From the IMG/VR virus record IMGVR_UViG_2617270979_000005, positions 1-17,402 of that record: 17,402 bases of DNA; one strand, given 5' to 3'. The stretch's first letter is position 1. Each line of letters starts with the position of its first letter. Positions 7,702-14,823 of the stretch are shown here, one piece after another. The notes beneath the pieces are model-generated. The model saw only the letters and a program-made list of their open reading frames with translations. It was not told the origin of the DNA and ran no database searches. A program made the translations under genes and the position numbers. Source of the DNA: a virus. Taxonomy: Duplodnaviria > Heunggongvirae > Uroviricota > Caudoviricetes.

Positions 7702-8388
7702 TCACTCCTTCTCTTCTTTTCCGTAGTGGAGTTGGCCAATTTTGATAAGAGGGCGTCCCTGAGATTTGCGGTGTAGATTGGTATCGCGCAGAGAATACAC
7801 ACAGCCACAATATTCCTGCTGATAGAATTTTTCGCGCTTGCTGATTTCAATCATACGGGACGAGCCGCCCTGCTTGCGCCAGTTATAATCCCAGTACACC
7901 ATACCCGGATAATGCGCAACAGCTCGCCGCCCACACTCGTTAACCTGCTGCATATTTTTCCAGCGTGAAATGCCCAGTGAACTGCTGATCACACTGAAAC
8001 CATTTTCAGCAGCGTACAACGCTGTCCGCTCAAAACGCATGTCAAAACACATGGTACAACGGATCCCCCTCTCAGGCTCCCATTCCATTCCTTTGGCACG
8101 TTCAAACCAGTTGTCGGTGTCGTAATCAGCATCGATAAACGGCACGCCGTGTTGTTCAGCAAAGCGAATATTTTCATCCTTACGAATTAAATACTCTTTC
8201 TGAGGATGAATGTTCGGGTTGTAGAAAAAGATGGTGTAGTCGATTCCCGAGGCCTGAAGCGCCTCCATCACTTCACCGGAACATGGAGCACAGCAAGAGT
8301 GCAGTAGTAGTTTGTTTGCCCCGTTTGGGAGTTCCAATTTAGGCCGTTTGAAATCAGCAATAGTCATAAATATTTTTATTGGGGTCAT
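7702..8388 (-). CDS. queH: QueH-like protein (DUF208, epoxyqueuosine reductase family)
   Basis: 228-aa ORF (ATG 8388; alternative ATG 8367; neither has a strong SD); family-defining motifs '[11 protein letters not shown]', '[10 protein letters not shown]' and 'YCGCVYS'. Family call from memory of DUF208. Confidence 0.75.
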   Translation of the reverse strand: MTPIKIFMTIADFKRPKLELPNGANKLLLHSCCAPCSGEVMEALQASGIDYTIFFYNPNIHPQKEYLIRKDENIRFAEQHGVPFIDADYDTDNWFERAKGMEWEPERGIRCTMCFDMRFERTALYAAENGFSVISSSLGISRWKNMQQVNECGRRAVAHYPGMVYWDYNWRKQGGSSRMIEISKREKFYQQEYCGCVYSLRDTNLHRKSQGRPLIKIGQLHYGKEEKE

Positions 8389-8541
8389 GAAAATAGCACA
8401 GAGTGTAGCATCAGAGCAGGGCTATCGGGAATATATGTCTAAATCTGGTAATATCTGGTTTTGACGCAAAGCGGACAACCACGCTGGCTCTACCCTGCGC
8501 CATGAAAATGTCAATTCACATCTGAACTAATGCTCTTTAAT

Positions 8542-8937
8542 CTAGTAACGTCTAAAATACCTAACATTTCCTTGATAAAATGTCAGTACACGCTGCATAG
8601 CTTCGCTCTTCCGGCACTCGCGACAGATTATATTCAGGCGCCTGTCGTAGCGGCGTATTTCTCCGTCTGGTAACTTTCGAATCAGTGTCGGGTCAGCAGC
8701 CTTCTCCGGTGTCTTACGCCATACGCGATACGCCTGCTCTGATGGAAATACCCCGCAATCACAGAGCCAGACATCACCACTGGCCGCAAGCGCACCAGAT
8801 AAACGACGAATAGCGGTCTTACTGACACCCGTTTTATCTGCCAGTTGTCGAAAAGTTTCTCGTCCGCTCAGGCGCACGAATTCCACAATGCGCGCCTTCA
8901 CTTCTTCCCGCTCTTCTGGTGTAAATACTTTTGCCAT
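8542..8937 (-). CDS. Hypothetical nin-region protein (131 aa) with HTH-like segment and Cys cluster
   Basis: ATG at 8937 preceded by GGAGG (5-nt spacer); 'RQLADKTGVSKTAIRRL' HTH-like; CDC…CREC cysteines. The track start at 8952 is a TTG. Confidence 0.6.
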   Translation of the reverse strand: MAKVFTPEEREEVKARIVEFVRLSGRETFRQLADKTGVSKTAIRRLSGALAASGDVWLCDCGVFPSEQAYRVWRKTPEKAADPTLIRKLPDGEIRRYDRRLNIICRECRKSEAMQRVLTFYQGNVRYFRRY

Positions 8938-8952
8938 AAGCGCCTCCGGCAA

Positions 8953-9723
8953 TCACTTTTCCGACACAATACGACCGGATGAATCGACAATCTGTCGAAC
9001 AATATCCCGGTGCTTGTACAGCTCCCGCAGCGCGGCGCAGACTCGCTCCCACTTCTGAACCTGACCTTTTGCCCGGCGCAGCTCGCGGTTAGCCACATGC
9101 AGCGATGGTAAAATCAGACCATCCGGATGTTTTCTGGTGAACGACGGCTGTGACTGCACTGTGACCGCCACACTTTCAGTTTTTATTTCTTCCTGTGTTT
9201 CCGCTTCCCGGACAGGTAACGCAATACCTGCTGGCTGAGGAATGGCTTTACCATCCGTTTCCGCTACGGATGCAGCTTCCGGCTCTGCCGGTAAATCAGC
9301 GCCCGGTATGCAGTAACGAAATTTACCGTTCTGATTTACGCGTGCCAGGCGCCCCGTTGCTGTTACGACCGCCAACGTGGAAGCAACCTTGCGAATGCTA
9401 ACACCGAACTTATCCGCCAGTTCCTCACACGTTTTAGCCCCATCCTGACAGATAAACTCAATCATCATGTCCGCGGTAACTTTTTGTTCGACCTCCCCGG
9501 TCAGCATATCCTGTGCTTCAGATTTTACTGGCCGCTCTTCGGTTACCCGGGATTCACCTTCGCCAGCCAGAAACCAGGTGTGACCAGTTTTATCAACGAC
9601 GCCATTTCTTTTGAGTTCCCACAGCTCGTTGACAGCCTCTTCACGACTGATTCCAAGGCGAGCTGCCACCACATGTGAAGAGGCTTTTTTCAGTGCTTTC
9701 AGTGCGTCAAATACGGTTTCCAT
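8953..9723 (-). CDS. Hypothetical nin-region protein (256 aa), acidic, possibly DUF1627-like
   Basis: ATG at 9723 preceded by GGAGG (8-nt spacer); N-terminal winged-helix-like segment 'AARLGISREEAVNELWELKRNG'. DUF1627 assignment is a weak recollection. Confidence 0.55.
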   Translation of the reverse strand: METVFDALKALKKASSHVVAARLGISREEAVNELWELKRNGVVDKTGHTWFLAGEGESRVTEERPVKSEAQDMLTGEVEQKVTADMMIEFICQDGAKTCEELADKFGVSIRKVASTLAVVTATGRLARVNQNGKFRYCIPGADLPAEPEAASVAETDGKAIPQPAGIALPVREAETQEEIKTESVAVTVQSQPSFTRKHPDGLILPSLHVANRELRRAKGQVQKWERVCAALRELYKHRDIVRQIVDSSGRIVSEK

Positions 9724-9756
9724 TAATATTTCCTCCGACAAAATCGTTTCTCAGAT

Positions 9757-10419
9757 TCAAATAAAACCAGCTGCCTTCCGGCGTTCGTATTCCTGTTTCA
9801 GCCGTTCAATTGGCGTTGGCCCTTGCGGGTGTTTCGCCCCTTCCAGTTGTCGTCGCACTGGCGGAACACTCATCCCGTTACCAACATGCTTTGCCCATTT
9901 CGTCAGTTGCCGTTCCGCAAGTCGTTTTAACTCACCCTGCGTCATCTGGCGCTCAATCCCTCTGGTACGCATTTCGAGGCAGATGTGGTACAGCACAGGC
10001 TGTGGCCACGGGTATTTATCACTCCCGTCGTATCGCCAGGATTCATTGCGCCAGCGCCGGTACTCTTCCATCACTGCATCCACCGTAAGACCAAATGGAT
10101 TTGCCCCACTCTCCGAAATCAGTGCAACAAACTCAGCCAGGTCCGGGGGCCACGTTTCACCCGCCCGGCAGCGGTCCATGCACTGACGGCAGACCAGCCG
10201 GATTTGCTGTTCAGTCATCGCGCCAATCTGGGCAATCCAGAGCTTCGAAGGTGCGGCCCCGTTCTTCTGTGTCCAGCGGTTCGAATACACCTCCCCCATA
10301 AGCTCCCACAGCTTCCAGGCCGTTTCCGTTGCTGATAAATCCGTTGTCACGTTCCCACTGTTCGCGTGCTGCCCGGATTTCCTGAACTGCCCGTGATGCC
10401 GTGCCACCTGATGCTGCAT
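9757..10419 (-). CDS. Replication protein P-like (lambda P family helicase loader); start uncertain
   Basis: 220-aa ORF; C-terminal half aligns by eye with remembered lambda P (…YPWPQ…/…YPWKS…, …TEQQ…/…TMEQV…); ATG 10419 has an AGGGGG RBS but overlaps the O-like gene by 209 nt; alternative ATGs at 10299 and 10218. Confidence 0.65.
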   Translation of the reverse strand: MQHQVARHHGQFRKSGQHANSGNVTTDLSATETAWKLWELMGEVYSNRWTQKNGAAPSKLWIAQIGAMTEQQIRLVCRQCMDRCRAGETWPPDLAEFVALISESGANPFGLTVDAVMEEYRRWRNESWRYDGSDKYPWPQPVLYHICLEMRTRGIERQMTQGELKRLAERQLTKWAKHVGNGMSVPPVRRQLEGAKHPQGPTPIERLKQEYERRKAAGFI

Positions 10420-11227
10420 GGCTTACCCCCTTGCTGACTGGTTTTACCTGTGCCCTGACGTGCTGCACGTGGCGGGCAAATTTCTGCTCCCACTGAACCT
10501 GCGTGAAAACCTTCCCCTCCGCCATCCAGTAATCCCGGAATGCGGCAAGCTCTGCAGGTGTAAATTCCGGCTCAGGCAGAGCCATACCCCACACTGCTGC
10601 CCGTTGTCGAAAATCCGACGACAGCTGCCAGACAGTAGTCATCGAAAATTTCCCGATCGGTTCGCTCAGGCCGTCCAGGTATTCAGGTTCGGCTGTCTGC
10701 AACGGCGCACCATGCGACTCACCGGTTGGAGCACTCTCGCGCATGCGCGCGTTATGTGTGGGGTTTAATTCTGTATCTGTATCTTTATCTGTCGTGACTT
10801 GTCGTGACATGTGCGTGACATTTCGTGACGCGCCGTGACAATCGCCATTTTGTTCCCGCTTTCTTTCCCTCTCACGCTGCGCCCTCTTGCGCTCTGCCGG
10901 AGATTTTGCGGTTTGCGAAATATTGCCGTTGTCCTCTTTAAGCACCTGGCGTTTTTCCCATCCAGTGATTAAATCACCATCAAGTACCCGCCCCTGCATC
11001 GTCTGCAAAATTGAATCAATTACCTCTTCTGTCACGTCGAGCGCACTTGCCAAATCTTCTGTCGTGACATCAATGTGACCTCGCGTGACATTTCGTGACG
11101 CGCTCACCAGGAGGTGGATATACACTGCCATCACTGTTGCAATTGGCTGCCCTGACACCCTGGCAATTGTTCGCCACTTAGGGTCATTTGGCATGTCATG
11201 CCATAATCTGAGCCAGGCGTTAGCCAT
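10211..11227 (-). CDS. Replication initiator (O-like, iteron-binding replisome organiser)
   Basis: 338-aa ORF from ATG 11227 (GAGGTG RBS; track start 11233 is GTG); contains two arrays of CGTGAC iterons; sits immediately upstream of the P-like gene as in lambda O-P. Confidence 0.7.
   Translation of the reverse strand: MANAWLRLWHDMPNDPKWRTIARVSGQPIATVMAVYIHLLVSASRNVTRGHIDVTTEDLASALDVTEEVIDSILQTMQGRVLDGDLITGWEKRQVLKEDNGNISQTAKSPAERKRAQRERERKREQNGDCHGASRNVTHMSRQVTTDKDTDTELNPTHNARMRESAPTGESHGAPLQTAEPEYLDGLSEPIGKFSMTTVWQLSSDFRQRAAVWGMALPEPEFTPAELAAFRDYWMAEGKVFTQVQWEQKFARHVQHVRAQVKPVSKGVSHAASGGTASRAVQEIRAAREQWERDNGFISNGNGLEAVGAYGGGVFEPLDTEERGRTFEALDCPDWRDD
10791..10840. repeat. Iteron array A: five CGTGAC-core repeats at 10-11 bp spacing (candidate origin), inside the O-like gene
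   Basis: CGTGAC at 10793, 10803, 10814, 10824, 10834; preceded by tatct repeats (10770-10790). Confidence 0.65.
11061..11103. repeat. Iteron array B: four (C/T)GTGAC-core repeats at 10-11 bp spacing, near the 5' end of the O-like gene
   Basis: CGTGAC at 11063, 11084, 11094 and TGTGAC at 11074; the 21-mer GCGTGACATTTCGTGACGCGC (11083-11103) is an exact copy of 10813-10833. Confidence 0.6.
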
Positions 11228-11298
11228 ACTCACCTCTTCTGATACCGAATCTTTTTACTCACGAGTTGCCGGAAGCGATTCGATATGGCTATTGTCAG

Positions 11299-11724
11299 TC
11301 AATGTACTGCCACAGCATTTCCTGCCGGGCCACCACGGTTCATCTGATTGAAACCGGCGATTGCCACTGCGACAAAATCATCAGCGTCTCTCACCAGTCG
11401 CTCCCGCGTCTCCACCAGCTCCCGAAAATAAGCTGAACTGTGGCTGCGCATTCTGGCCACCAGCAAAGGTGGCATTGCCTTTTCGATCGCTGGTAACAAC
11501 GCCTGAATTTTTTCAACTGCATCAGGGGTGTCTTTCTCTACCCAGCGGAAAATTTTCTGGGTATTACGGGCCAGGGCTTCCGGATGGCTGTCGTCGTACA
11601 GTTCCGGGAACGTCATCCCCAGTTCGAAATAAGTCCGGGCTATTTCAGCTGCTGGAACTTTCTCACCGTCTGGATACGCCCAGGCATTCATTGCCATGCG
11701 GATGTGTTCATGCTTGATTTTCAT
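11299..11724 (-). CDS. YdaT-like protein (Rac-type, proposed cII-like regulator/toxin)
   Basis: 141-aa ORF; ATG 11724 with GGGGGTGA RBS; N-terminus 'MKIKHEHI' resembles remembered Rac YdaT; directly downstream of the Cro-like gene. Confidence 0.65.
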   Translation of the reverse strand: MKIKHEHIRMAMNAWAYPDGEKVPAAEIARTYFELGMTFPELYDDSHPEALARNTQKIFRWVEKDTPDAVEKIQALLPAIEKAMPPLLVARMRSHSSAYFRELVETRERLVRDADDFVAVAIAGFNQMNRGGPAGNAVAVH

Positions 11725-11983
11725 GAATCACCCCCGCCTCTGGTTGTGTGTTAGCCTGATACTCGACAGGTAAGCCGTCGGTTGGGTTGGGATAAGTACT
11801 GCCATCAATCTCGTGCGGAGTTACTATCCAGCCTGTTGCTTCGCACCAGCGTAAAATTTTTTTCCCCGTAAGTTTCGCCCGTCCGGTAATGACATGGCTT
11901 ACCATCCCTTGGGTTACCCCAACAATTTCAGCAAAATGCTTCTGAGTTATACCGGAATGATGCAAATATTCTCCAAGATTCAT
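11708..11983 (-). CDS. Cro-like HTH protein (YdaS family)
   Basis: 91-aa ORF; ATG 11983 with GAGGTGA RBS; HTH 'ITQKHFAEIVGVTQGMVSHVITG'; divergent from the repressor gene. Confidence 0.7.
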   Translation of the reverse strand: MNLGEYLHHSGITQKHFAEIVGVTQGMVSHVITGRAKLTGKKILRWCEATGWIVTPHEIDGSTYPNPTDGLPVEYQANTQPEAGVIHENQA

Positions 11984-12090
11984 TGTTCACCTCATGTGAT
12001 GTCATCACGATCATTAATAGCATTGTTATTTTTAAAAGTAAATAGCATCACTATTTCAAAGAGATTAATAATCTTATTAGAATTGAAGGT
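11984..12090. promoter_or_regulatory. Divergent immunity control region with operator palindromes
   Basis: Perfect 13-bp palindrome GTGATG-T-CATCAC (11996-12008); two imperfect copies of AATAGCA-N-TGCTATT (12016-12030, 12041-12055); AT-rich -10/-35-like hexamers on both strands (tentative). Confidence 0.55.
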
Positions 12091-12591
12091 ATGAAAAGAA
12101 AATCCCTGTCAGAGATCGACCTGCAAGCCGCCCAGAGACTGAAAGAAATCTGGACGGCGAAAAAAAATCAACTAGGGTTAACCCAAGAGCGTGCGGCAGA
12201 AATTCTGGGATTTTCGACACAGGGAGCTGTAAGCCATTATCTAAATGGTCAGACACCTTTAAATCTTGAGGCTGTTATCAAGTTCGCAGGGTTGCTGCAA
12301 GTTCCTCCCGAGTCAATCAGACCAGATATGGCCGAGTTGTTACAAATTGTAAGGATGTATCCCCAAGAATCTGGGGAGGACAATGTTGTCACTATATCTG
12401 CAGATATGGAACAATCGGAAAACGAACTTCCGTTTAATATAGACCCCATGGAGCGGGATTTGCTCCAGACGTTCAGGGCTTTCCCCAAAGAAGATAAAGA
12501 GAAAATGCTTAAGGAAATGAAGGAGAAAAAAGAATCAATTGAAGAAATCGTTGCGCGATGGCTAGCTGCGCAAAAGGGTCGTCGCGCCTAA
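12091..12591 (+). CDS. Prophage repressor, XRE-family HTH (RacR/DicA-like, no S24 peptidase domain)
   Basis: 166-aa ORF; HTH 'LGLTQERAAEILGFSTQGAVSHYLNG'; divergent from the Cro-like gene; 5 of 10 Arg codons are AGA/AGG and 2 Ile codons are ATA. Confidence 0.8.
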   Translation: MKRKSLSEIDLQAAQRLKEIWTAKKNQLGLTQERAAEILGFSTQGAVSHYLNGQTPLNLEAVIKFAGLLQVPPESIRPDMAELLQIVRMYPQESGEDNVVTISADMEQSENELPFNIDPMERDLLQTFRAFPKEDKEKMLKEMKEKKESIEEIVARWLAAQKGRRA

Positions 12592-12608
12592 TCTGAGGAG
12601 GTAAAAAC

Positions 12609-12800
12609 ATGAGTACAGCCCTTTCCCCGATAATTTCTGAATTTGAAACAGTCGAACAAGAAAACAGCTATAACGAATGGTTGCGAACCAAAGTGGCAGC
12701 AAGCCTCTCAGATCCCCGTCCTGCAATTCCACATGACGAAGTAATGGCTGAAATGGAAAACCTTATTGCTCAATTAGCTGCAACGAACAGGAGTGAGTAA
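12609..12800 (+). CDS. Type II antitoxin (ParD/RHH-like) paired with the downstream ParE toxin
   Basis: 63-aa ORF; GAGGAGG RBS at 12594-12600; stop overlaps the toxin start (TAATG); family assignment by partner and size only. Confidence 0.65.
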   Translation: MSTALSPIISEFETVEQENSYNEWLRTKVAASLSDPRPAIPHDEVMAEMENLIAQLAATNRSE

Positions 12801-13090
12801 TGCTGCCCATTTTATGGCTACCTTCTGCACGTGATGATTTACGTCAGATCGTAGCCTATATTGCTAAGGAAAACCCTCCCGCTGCACGTAGACTAAAAAT
12901 ACGCATTGAAACATCAGTTTTGTCACTTACTGAACACCCTTATCTGTACCCACCGAGCGAAAGAGTTCCAAGTCTTCGTGAGATAGTGACTCATCCTAAC
13001 TACATAATACTTTACCGAGTAACAGCATCTAACATCGAGATCGTAAATGTAGTTCACTCACGAAGACAGTATCCAAACAAAACCTGTTAA
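12800..13090 (+). CDS. ParE/RelE-superfamily toxin
   Basis: 96-aa ORF; ParE-like pattern 'LWLPSARDDLRQIVAYIAKENPPAARRL … ILYRV … IEIVNVVHSRRQ'; translationally coupled to the antitoxin. Confidence 0.8.
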   Translation: MLPILWLPSARDDLRQIVAYIAKENPPAARRLKIRIETSVLSLTEHPYLYPPSERVPSLREIVTHPNYIILYRVTASNIEIVNVVHSRRQYPNKTC

Positions 13091-13103
13091 TCCTTCCTGT
13101 CAA

Positions 13104-13128
13104 CAACCACCTTCGGGTGGTTTTTTTC
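13104..13128 (+). terminator. Rho-independent terminator after the toxin gene
   Basis: AACCACC-TTCG-GGTGGTT hairpin followed by TTTTTTT (13121-13127). Confidence 0.7.
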
Positions 13129-13138
13129 TTGCCACGAT

Positions 13139-13153
13139 AATAGCACTGCTATT
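13139..13153. promoter_or_regulatory. Operator: perfect palindrome AATAGCA-C-TGCTATT upstream of the ydfA-dicB operon
   Basis: Perfect 7-1-7 inverted repeat; same motif as the two imperfect copies in the immunity control region. Confidence 0.55.
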
Positions 13154-13359
13154 TACATAATTAAATAGTAGTGGTATTGTTCATTCATCAACCCACCCCG
13201 CCCCACAGAACGCCAGGCAATACTTCGAGTTACCCGGCAGTGGTCAGGGGTTAAGTAGCCAGCCCGAGGCGTATGAACATGACGGCGGGAACACTTTATA
13301 TAACAGCGCAGCAGTTTTTTAGTTCCGCTACCCCGGCGTTAAGGGGAAATGAGGTCAGC

Positions 13360-13515
13360 ATGGATACTATCGATCTTGGCAACAATGAATCTCTGGTGTA
13401 CGGCGTGTTTCCCAACCAGGACGGCACATTCACCGCGATGACGTATACCAAAAGCAAAACGTTTAAAACCGAAAATGGTGCCCGTCGCTGGCTGGAAAGA
13501 AACTCAGGTGAGTGA
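13360..13515 (+). CDS. ydfA: YdfA/YdaF-like small protein (51 aa)
   Basis: ATG 13360 preceded by AAGGGGAAATGAGG; size and position match the first gene of the Qin dicB operon (from memory). Confidence 0.65.
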   Translation: MDTIDLGNNESLVYGVFPNQDGTFTAMTYTKSKTFKTENGARRWLERNSGE

Positions 13516-13516
13516 T

Positions 13517-13645
13517 ATGGATTTCGACACAATCATGGAAAAGGCTTACGAAGAATACTTCGAAGGCCTTGCCGAAGGCGAAGAAGCTCTCAGCTTCAGT
13601 GAGTTTAAACAGGCGCTTTCCAGCTCGGCAAAATCTAACGGCTGA
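13517..13645 (+). CDS. ydfB: YdfB-like small protein (42 aa), absent from the ORF track
   Basis: Hand-translated: ATG 13517 (AGGTGA RBS) to TGA 13643-13645 gives MDFDTIMEKAYEEYFEGLAEGEEALSFSEFKQALSSSAKSNG; size and position match ydfB. Confidence 0.6.
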   Translation: MDFDTIMEKAYEEYFEGLAEGEEALSFSEFKQALSSSAKSNG

Positions 13646-13674
13646 TAAGCGAAACAGCACCGCGAGGAATCAGT

Positions 13675-13893
13675 ATGCAGAAACGAGAACCCGTCATCAT
13701 CGCGCCAGACTATACCGATGATGAACTTTATGAGTGGATGCACCAGAAAATTAATGCAGCGCAGGATCTGAAATGGGCCAATGAAGCCAGGGCTAAGCAG
13801 GCTGAAAATCTGTCCGCTCTGGAGCAGGATATCACTAATCTGGAAAAAGCAGCGGCATTAAGCATTGCCAGAATGATTACATACCCGCGTTAA
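13675..13893 (+). CDS. ydfC: YdfC-like protein (72 aa)
   Basis: ATG 13675 with GAGGAA RBS; size and position match ydfC. Confidence 0.65.
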   Translation: MQKREPVIIAPDYTDDELYEWMHQKINAAQDLKWANEARAKQAENLSALEQDITNLEKAAALSIARMITYPR

Positions 13894-13915
13894 TAGCTAA
13901 CCAACGAGGCTAATA

Positions 13916-14290
13916 ATGGAATTTAAAGATTTACCAATGCAATTCCAGGAAATGGCAGCGAATATAGTTCGTTCCCAACTGGCGACTCTTGACCTGAGTA
14001 CCGTAGAAAAAGAAACCATCGACAATATATCCGGTAACGTACGCCGAGCCTTTATCGGGCTGTACGAAGAGAAGCAGCTCTCTGATAACCAGGATTTACA
14101 TGAAAAATACTTTCTGGAATTAATGGACATCATTAATAAAGGATTTGGCTTGTTAATGAAAAAGAAAGGGATTCGAATAGCTCCCCTTGAAAATCATTTT
14201 ACAGCAAGCAGTATTAATTCCTGTGATTTAAAGCATCACACATCCGATGGGAAAGTTGAATCAAACAACAAAATATCGATTAATCATTAA
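13916..14290 (+). CDS. Hypothetical protein (124 aa), AT-rich insertion between ydfC and DicF
   Basis: ATG 13916 with GAGG RBS (6-nt spacer); 4 of 11 Ile codons are ATA; no recognisable family. Confidence 0.6.
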   Translation: MEFKDLPMQFQEMAANIVRSQLATLDLSTVEKETIDNISGNVRRAFIGLYEEKQLSDNQDLHEKYFLELMDIINKGFGLLMKKKGIRIAPLENHFTASSINSCDLKHHTSDGKVESNNKISINH

Positions 14291-14596
14291 TTTATTCACA
14301 GGTGAGGTAGAGTGCGTGCGCCGGACACGGATAAGAATCCGGCACTGACAGTTTACTGAAAAGGATATATCCCTGAAAAGTCAGGGCATAACACGAAAGC
14401 GCCCGGAGAAGTTAGTCTCTCTGTATAGGTCGTCGTTAAATTTAATTCGATCGTGCGCTTCCGGTTGTGGCAATCCGCGAAATGGCGCGGCGGTAAGTAT
14501 GGCGGGGTTATTCCTTCCCCCGCTGAGGACACCGGGTTGTCAGGTTGACCATACGCTTAAGTGACAACCCCGCTGGCAACGCCCTCTGTTATCAAT

Positions 14597-14649
14597 TTTC
14601 TGGTGACGTTTGGCGGTATCAGTTTTACTCCGTGACTGCTCTGCCGCCC
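14597..14649 (+). ncRNA. dicF: DicF small regulatory RNA
   Basis: 53-nt stretch TTTCTGGTGACGTTTGGCGGTATCAGTTTTACTCCGTGACTGCTCTGCCGCCC followed by TTTTT matches the remembered DicF sequence; located between ydfC-like and dicB as in Qin. Confidence 0.85.
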
Positions 14650-14823
14650 TTTTTAAAGTGAATTTTGTGATGTGGTGAATGCGGCTGAGCGCACGCGGAA
14701 CAGTTAAAACCAAAAACAGTGTTATGGGTGGATTCTCTGTATCCGGCGTTAATTGTTAACTGGTTAACGTCACCTGGAGGCACCAGGCACCGCATCACAA
14801 AATTCATTGTTGAGGACGCGATA

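Noticed and set aside
9611-10335. Plus-strand ORFs (191, 92, 116, 68 aa) across the P-like/O-like region
   Set aside because: Antisense shadows of the replication genes with Ser/Arg/Pro-rich low-complexity translations.
10791-11103. Short tandem CGTGAC-containing repeats that could be mistaken for a CRISPR-like array
   Set aside because: Repeat unit is only 10-11 bp with no spacers, phased at one helical turn inside a replication-initiator coding sequence; these are iterons.
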